Assembly (NCBI GenBank): GCA_964016885.1
Contig: OZ024743.1
Span: 199,826,001 to 199,890,000, forward strand
DNA length: 64,000 nt
Direction of reading: 5' to 3'
Source: Eledone cirrhosa
Taxonomy: Eukaryota
Every line of letters begins with the position of its first letter. Within the stretch, counting starts at the first letter, position 1. Shown in pieces: positions 56,225 through 64,000 of the stretch. A program made the translations under genes and the position numbers. Under the pieces are notes generated by a model. The model searched no databases. It saw only the letters and a program-made list of their open reading frames with translations, and had not been told where the DNA came from.

Positions 56225-59200
56225 TGATTTCATTTATTAGCCACAAGGGCCGACATGTAGGGGACAATACAAAGACAGGGACAGTGGGGGTTTACGATAA
56301 GGTCGAGTAAAAGTGCACAATGGCAAGACTAATTTAACAATGAAGATATAAAAATATAAAATAAACTATGCATAAATATAACAAAATAAATTCCCCAATA
56401 GGGGGTGGACGACCCTGGCGTGACTCGGGTACCACACCAATCCGGAACCACCCTGCGCTTCTAGGGCACCCAGGGAGAGCACCCCTCTCCTCAAGTTAGC
56501 TAGCCTATAGGCGCATGGTCAGAGTAGGCCCATTCACACGAGCCATTCTCGCCACATTCATCCACCTTTTAGCAAATCTACTGGGGGCAGCACTTCTCCC
56601 TCCGCCCTCACCTTCCTTTCCGGGTGAAACTTGAAGAAGTTGATGAGAGATTGGCCGAAGAGAAAAGTGTCTGTCTTCAGTCCTTTTAATCCGGTCCACC
56701 ATATAACCTCTTTCGCAACTGCCACCATACAGAAGAAAATTTCCTGCTCTTCCTGACGTAAGGAAGGCGGTGGGTCGATCTTCACTATGGACTCGGCCGA
56801 TAGCCGGATTCGTTCCACACGCAACAGTAGCTGTTCGACATAACTCCACAAGTCAGTAATGCACGGACATTGGACAAGTGCGTGCAGAACGGTTTCGTTC
56901 AGCGCGCATCTTGGGCAGGTCCGTCTGACAGCACTTCCGTGCCTGTAGAGTTTATCCCGAACCGGCAGTGCCCCCCTGACTGGTCAGTTCGACTTCGTCG
57001 AGGCCCAAAGCTTCTCCGAGTGTGTCATCGCACCTGCCCACCACTAATCCTCTATAGAACTCGAGAGTGGAAGTTCCACTGATCGCATTGCCCGCTTGGT
57101 AGAGGGCAGTGAGTGCCTGACAACATTCCAGGTGCCAGTCACCCAGTCTCGGGCTCTTCTTGACCCAGGACTGCAGCTCAGTCAAAGAAATGAGCTGCGG
57201 AAAGGCTTGTCTCATAAACGGAGACCACACCTGTTCACCGTTTAGGCAGAATATCTGGAGATGTCGCAGCCTGAACGCATGTCTGCGCATCATTAGCCAC
57301 GGCATGCACAGACCTCCACGTAGAGGGTGCTGGCAGCAGATGGACCGCCTCACCAACGGAACTCGTCCCCTCCACAAAAATTTGAAGAGGAGCCGTTCCA
57401 ACTTGACGAGGCGCGGACGGGGGCAAGGCAGGACGGTCAATAGGTAGTAGATGCCGGACGCGATGTACACATTCGCCACCTCCGCGCGACCTTTCAGTGA
57501 TAGCTTCCTCCCAGCCCATTTTTGGGTGAGACTGGCTATTCTGCTCGTTACCTCGTCCCAATTCTTTTCCACCTGGAGGTCTGGTCCGAACCAAACCCCG
57601 AGAAACTTTACCGGTCCGTCCGTCCATCGCCTCACGACGCTGTTGGACGGCATGGGCTTGCTTCTCTAGGTTCCGAGCTGCAAGCCCACCGACTTTTCTG
57701 GGTTAAGTTTGGCTCCTGTCAAACTTTCATATTCCTTCAATAAGGTACCGACCACCTCGATTTCTGAGGTGTTCGACACCATCACGGTGATGTCGTCCGC
57801 ATAAGCAGACACCGCCTTTCCACGTCCTGGTTAGAGCGGGATGCCCTGCAACAGCTCCATCCTCCGCAGTAAAGACTCGAGAGTCAATACGTACAGAAGG
57901 GAAGAGAGAGGGCACCCTAGACGGACCGATCGGGAGAGCCGAAATGGTTCCGAGAGGTGGCCAATAACCTTGACCACCGAGCGTGTGCCGCTCTGCATTG
58001 CAGCGATCCAGCTTCTGAAGACAGGGCCGAAGCCAGCTGCTTTGAGGACAAACTCCAGATACCGATTGCTTTCGATTGATCTAAATTGATCAGTGCCCCA
58101 ACGAAGCCAGGTTTACACCCTACCCTCTCTATGGTGTATCGCATGAGGTGGAGATTGTCGTGTATGGATCTGGCTGGGATTGCGCAAGTTTGCGCATCCC
58201 CAACCAAATCCTCGACGACAAGCTCCAATCTCTTTGCTAACACCTTGGTCAAAATCTTAAACTCTGTGTTGAGCAGAGTTATGGGCCTGAAGTTGTCTAA
58301 TGTATCCCTCTTGTACTCGTCTTTCCTTATCAGCGTCACCACTCCCCTGCTCACAGAACTGGGAATAATCCCATTCTGCTGCCAGTTGCAGTAGAGTGCT
58401 TCGAGGAGATCGGAGAAAAAGTCTGGCATATTTACTTAAAGCTCATAGGGCAGGTCATCCAAACCGGGTGACTTGCGCCTCATGCAGCCGACAAGGGCGT
58501 CCTGAATTTCGGCTGAAGTAATTGGCCTTTCGCAGCGCTCAGCGTCGACTGTCGAGATGCGCGGCAAGCCGTGAAGGTAGGGACTGAATTCCGCTACTCT
58601 CTCTGACTCGCCACTCTCCACGAACAACCGAGCAACGTGCTGGCGAAAGGCCTCACACATCCGCTTGGAATCGCTTATCTCGTGTCCGTCTCGGTCAGCC
58701 AAAGACCGAATTGTGGTTTTATTACCACGCTGCACCTCCGCCACGCGGGCCCATCGAACAGCTTTGGTTCCCTCGTTTCTCAGCGCACACGCCTTAGCTC
58801 AGACAATGCAACCTCGTGTTTCGCATTGAAGAAATGGTCCTATGCCATTCTCGCCACTGGCACGTCAGTTGCAATGCCACTACAAATAGCCTCGTCTAAC
58901 TTATCTACCAGCTCCCCCTCCTTTCTATTTTTCTCTAACGCTAGTTTTTGCTGAACTCTATCGAAGTTACTCTAATCTCTCTTTTGAGAGCCCCCTACCA
59001 TCTGTTGTTCATGATCACCCCTGACAACTTTTGCTTAACTAAATTGTTGACTCGGTCCCTGTAAGCCTTACGTGCCGGAAATTATATGTTCAGCTTCCAG
59101 TAACCCGGTCCTACCCTACGCGTTTTATCTAGGTCGACCGTACAGATCATAAATTTGTGATCTGAATAGGCGACCGTTTTAAAAAGTGGGCAGCCTACAC

Positions 59201-60325
59201 TATTTCTATCTATTTTCCTAATGAAGATCCTGTCTATATGCGATCTAGATGACCCCATTCAGTTGGTCCATCTCCATACTGGCACATTGGGGAAATCTAG
59301 TCGATACCTGTCAGACAGTTGGAACTGGCTGATCAGGTTCTTGAAACTTTTGCACCCCCCGCTCCTATCGGCTACTCCCACACAATCCGAGCGTACGTCT
59401 AAGATGCCATTCCAGTTCCCCGCTAACAGTAAAGGGCGAGACGTACCCAGAAAGGTCTCCAGGCGCCTAAAGAAGTCCAGTCGTCCGGCCCCTATAGGGG
59501 CGTAGACGGCTAGCAGTCTAAAGGCACCACCTTCGCTACTGCTCACATCCAAGACCACCAACTTAGCGTCCGGGTCCCAGAAGATCGACATTACCTCGAG
59601 ATCCAGTCCTTTCCTAAACAGCACTGATTCCCACCTCCCATTCCCGGCCTGCTAACAGATGCGGAGATCTGATAGTCGTCAAAAATGGGGGCTAGTGCGC
59701 GCGTGTCGGAAGTTCTGGTCTCGTTGATGGCAATCACATCCATTTCCAGCGACCTGAGGTCGTAGAGCAAGCGATCCTGCTTCCAGGGTGACCCCAGGCC
59801 CCGAATATTTAAACGTCCTACTCTTAATATGGCCCTGTTGGCAAGCTAAAAGAGAGAGGGAAGGTTTACTTACCTCCCGGGGTCTTGTGAAGGTCGGGTG
59901 GTTCGACCTCCATGGTTGGTGGGGTTTCTTTTGGGAACCCTTTTAAAAGTCTCGATGTGGGTTTCACATTCGTGGTTCCCACGTCTTGAGAAAAGGTCTC
60001 TCGAATTTCTTTGAAGGAATCGAGTGACATTCGGACCAGAAGCAAATCTTCTGGCACGCAAAATGTGCTCATTTCAAAATCTCCCCCTCTGTTTGAATGT
60101 CCTCGGTTCGTGCTAAGAGAGCCATCAATTTATCGTTGGCCCTTCTGACAAGCACGAAGTTTTTAACATTTTGTTGGTGTGGTTTTATTTGTTTTCGTTT
60201 TGGTGACTGTGTTGGTGATGGTTTGGTGGTGTTGTTTCCGGTATGTCTGTGTTTGTTGTAGGTGTGGTGTCTGCAATTTCAGGTTTTTGTGTGTTTATTT
60301 GTACTTGTGTTTGTTTAGGTTGTTT
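56225..60325 (-). mobile_element. Degenerate 5'-truncated L1/Tx1-like LINE
   Basis: EN (59259-59830), RT (57727-58744) and C-terminal fragments with many frameshifts. ORF1 remnant at 59870-60320. 3' end AATAAAGAAATCA-like, next to (TTC)n. Confidence 0.92.
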
Positions 60326-60349
60326 ATAATAATAATAATAATAATAATA

Positions 60350-63300
60350 ATGATTTCTTTATTAACCACAAGGGTTTACACAAAGTAGACATTAAGGACA
60401 GTACAGGACAATACAGGACGGTACAAAAGGGCATTTCTGCGTGTGAAAAAAAAAAACAACAGAGGATGTAATAATAGAACAATGAAAAAATTCCCCAATA
60501 GGGGGGAGACTTCCGAGGGACATTCGTGGAGAAAGCCCAGTAAAAAGCCACAGTGACCCTGACCACCAGGGCAAGTACCCTCTCCCAATTTTCCACCTTT
60601 AATTTACAGACACATACTCAGAATAGGCCCATTCACTCGCGCCAATCTTGCCTCTCTCACCCATCTTTGAACAAAATGATGGGAAGAGAGCACTTCCCTC
60701 TCTACCCTGATTTTCCTTTTCAAATGAAATTTGAAAAAGTTAATCAGGGCATCACCGAAGAGGTAAGTGCTCGTCTTCAGCCCTTTCAAACGTGTCCACC
60801 ATACTATCTCTTTCGCCATGGCCACCAGACAGATAAAAACTGCCTGCCCTTTCCGGCTAAAGGAAGAGGGCGGGGCATCCTCACGATGGACTCAGCTCAT
60901 AGCTGGATGGGTCCTACACGCGACAGCAGATGTTCGACATAAACCCACAAGTCAGCAATGCTCGGACACTGGACGAGTGCGTGCAGGACGGTTTCGTCGC
61001 CCTGCGCGCATCTCGGACATGCCCGGCTGACGGCACCTCCATGCCTGTAGAGTTTATCCCGAACTGGCAAAGCTCCTCGGTAGCACTGCCAGGCCAGGGA
61101 TTTCTGGAAGTTGTCCATAGGCCCCCGCCCGAAAGTTCTTCCGAAGAGATTGGCTAGTTGATTTTCGTCGACGCCTAGAGTTTCCCCAAGTACGTCGTCG
61201 CTCTTCCCCTCCACTAATCCTCTATAGAACGCCGAGGTGGAGTTTCCACCGATCACATTGCCCGATTGGTCGAGGACATTCCAGTCTCCAAGCGCTCCCT
61301 CTCGGTCTTCGCTTGACCCAGGACTGCAGCTCCGGCAAGGAGACGAGCTGGGGAAAGACGCGTCTAGCAAACGGCGACCACACCTGATAACCGTCGAGGA
61401 AGAGGTAGAGATATCGTAGCCTGAGCGCGTGTCTGCGCATCATCAGCCACGGCAAGCCCAGCCCTCCACGTAGCGGGTGTTGACAGCAGATGGACCGACT
61501 CACCATCGGAGCGCGTCCCTTCCACAAAAAGCGAAAGAGCAAACGCTCCAGAGCAGTCAGGCGGGGCTTAGGACAAGGTACGACGGTCAGGAGGTAGTAG
61601 ATGACGGACGCGATGTACGCGTTAGCCACCTCCACTCGACCTTTCAGGGATAGCTTCCTCTCCGCCCATTTCTGGGTAACACAAGCCACCCTGCTCGTCA
61701 CCTAGTCCCAGTTTTTGTCCGTCTGGAGGTCCGGACCGAACCAGACCCCTAGCAATTTAACCGGTCCGTCCCTCCAGCGCCCGACGACACTGTTGGACGG
61801 CATGGACCTGCCTCTCCAGGTGCCGAGCTGCAGGCCCGCTGACTTTTCCTGGTTGATCATTGCTCCTGTCACCGCTTCGTATTCTTTTAGAGTAGTGCCG
61901 ATCGCCTCGATGTGTTTGGCGTTCGACACCACTACGGTGACATCGTCCGCATATGCTGACACGGATATTCCGCATCCTAGTTCGCGCGGGACCCCCCTCA
62001 ACTTCTCCAGTTTGTGCAGTAATGGCTCGCGAGTCAATACGTACAAGAGGGACGAGAGGGTACATCTTTGGCGGACCGAGCGCATGATGTTGAACGGTTC
62101 CGAAAGGTGACTATTCACTCTCACCACAGAGCAGATGTCGCTGTGCATGGCAGAGACCCAGCCTTTGAAGACGGGCCCAAAGCCAGCCGCCCTCAGGACT
62201 GCTGCTAGGTAACGATGGTCGACCCTATCGAAAGCTTTCAACTGATCTAAATTGATCAAGGACCCACCCGTTCCAGGTTCCCTAGCTACCCTCTCTACGA
62301 TGTATCGCATGAGTTGGAGGTTGTCGTGGATGGATCTGTCGGGAATGGCGAATGTCTGCGCCTCTCCCACCAGACCACCAACGACAAGCGCCAACCTCTT
62401 TGCTAGCACCTTGGTCAAAATCTTGAACTCTGTGTTTAGCAGAGTTATGGGCCTAAAATTATCTATGTTATCCTCCTTGTTCGGATCCTTTCTCAGCAGC
62501 GCCACAGCTCCTCGGCTCACAGAGCTGGGAATTCTTCCGTTCTGTTGCCAGTTGCAGTAGACGTCCGCCAAGAGGCCTCCGAACAAGTCTGGCATCTGTA
62601 CGTAAAGTTCATAGAGCAGACCATCCAAACCAGGCGATTTACCCCTTGTGCAGCCAGTCATTGCCTCCCGTACTTCAGCGGCTGTTATCGTCTTTTCGCA
62701 ACACCCCGCCTCAGTGGCCGAGAGCCGCGGCAGTCCGTCGAGGTAGACACTAAAGTCCATCCATCGATCCGGCCCGCCGCTGCCCCCGAACAGCTGGGCG
62801 AAGTGTCGCTGGAAAGCTTCACACATTTGCCCGGGATCGAGTAGCATGCGCCCGTCGTGGTCCACCAAAGACCGGATCGTGGTTTTGTTGCCACGACGCG
62901 CCCTAGCACTAACAACGCAGCCTTCGTGCTTTGCATTGAAGAATTGGTCAAGGGACAATTTCGCCGCAAGTACGTCGGTCGCGATCCCTTTGCTAAGCGC
63001 CTCGTCTAATTTTCTAACTAGTTCTCCATCTGCTCTATTTTTCTCTATTGCTAAAGCCTTACTAAACCTAATGGACTCTATTCTAATCGCTTTTTTCAGG
63101 GCAAACCACCACTTGTTGTTCACGATGGCCCTCGTCAACGCCCGCTTAACTAGTTCGCTAATTCAGTCACTGTAGGCCTTGCGCGCTGGTAAAGACGCGT
63201 TTAGCTTCCAGTAGCCGGGTCCTCGTCTATGAAGCCTATCTAAGTCAAGCACACAGATCACGAATTTGTGGTCCGTGTAGCTGACTATCTTGAATTGTGG

Positions 63301-64000
63301 ACGGCCTATGCTAGACCTATCTATTTCCCTACAAAATACTCTATGTAGATATGATCTGGATGACCCAAGTCGGGAAATCCAATCGGTACCTGTCAGACAG
63401 TTCAAAACGCCTGAGCAGGTTGGTGAGGCTCTTGCACCCTCCTCCCCTATCCGCTAATCCCACACAGTTCCAGCGTGCATCTAAGATCCCGTTCCAGTCA
63501 CCCACTAACACTAAAGAGCGGGACGTTCCAAGAAAGGTCTTCAGACGCCGGAAGAAATCAGGCCGCCTTGCTCCTGTCGAGGCGTAGACGGCCACTAGCC
63601 TGAAAGCTTGCCCGTCTCCGTTGGTCACGTCCAGCACCACCAACTTACCCTCTGGGTCCAGGAAGATGGCCTGTATGGCGAGATCCAAACCTCTCCGAAA
63701 AAGCACAGCAACTCTTCCCCCCGATCCCGGACGGCTGGGAGATGCGTACACATCGTAGCCGCCGAAGATCGGTGCGACGGCCCGTGCTTCGGAAATGCTG
63801 GTCTCGCTGATGGCCACTACATCTATGTTTAGTGAGCTGAGGTCGTTGAGCAGGTGGCCCTGTTTCCATGACGACCCCAAGCCACACGCATTTATGCTGC
63901 ATATTCTGAGTGAGGTCATGTTGAAATGGAGTGGAAAAGATGGGAAAGACCACTTACCTTACTTCTCGTAGAGGAAGGATGGTTTCTCCATCCTTTTCAC
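60350..64000 (-). mobile_element. L1/Tx1-like LINE with disrupted ORF2, continuing past the window end
   Basis: ORF2 starts at 63919 (MTSLRICSINACGLG). RT at 61702-63138 with AYADD. CPRC..ETVLHALVQC. 3' end AATAAAGAAATCA next to (TTA)n. Confidence 0.93.

Overview
AT-rich, microsatellite-saturated metazoan intergenic or intronic DNA. The SINE set suggests an octopod cephalopod (inference). No host gene can be supported, and most ORF-track entries are translated microsatellites. The window holds: (1) three minus-strand L1/Tx1-like LINEs, one full-length (10016-15830) with a 20-bp TSD; (2) many Penelope-like element (PLE) insertions from at least 6 families sitting in (TA)n tracts, two with GIY-YIG or RT-thumb coding remnants; (3) Helitron derivatives, MITEs, R4/Dong-like endonuclease fragments and many tRNA-derived SINEs. 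The most striking system is the PLE set. Most copies are head-to-head inverted pairs in which one arm carries a 3' tail and the other stops at a fixed, family-specific site. The arms carry minimal type I hammerhead ribozymes, including two families with a non-canonical U3:A8 core. One hairpin insertion of the same layout carries a tRNA-like cloverleaf instead of a recognisable hammerhead. All alignments and folds were done by eye.
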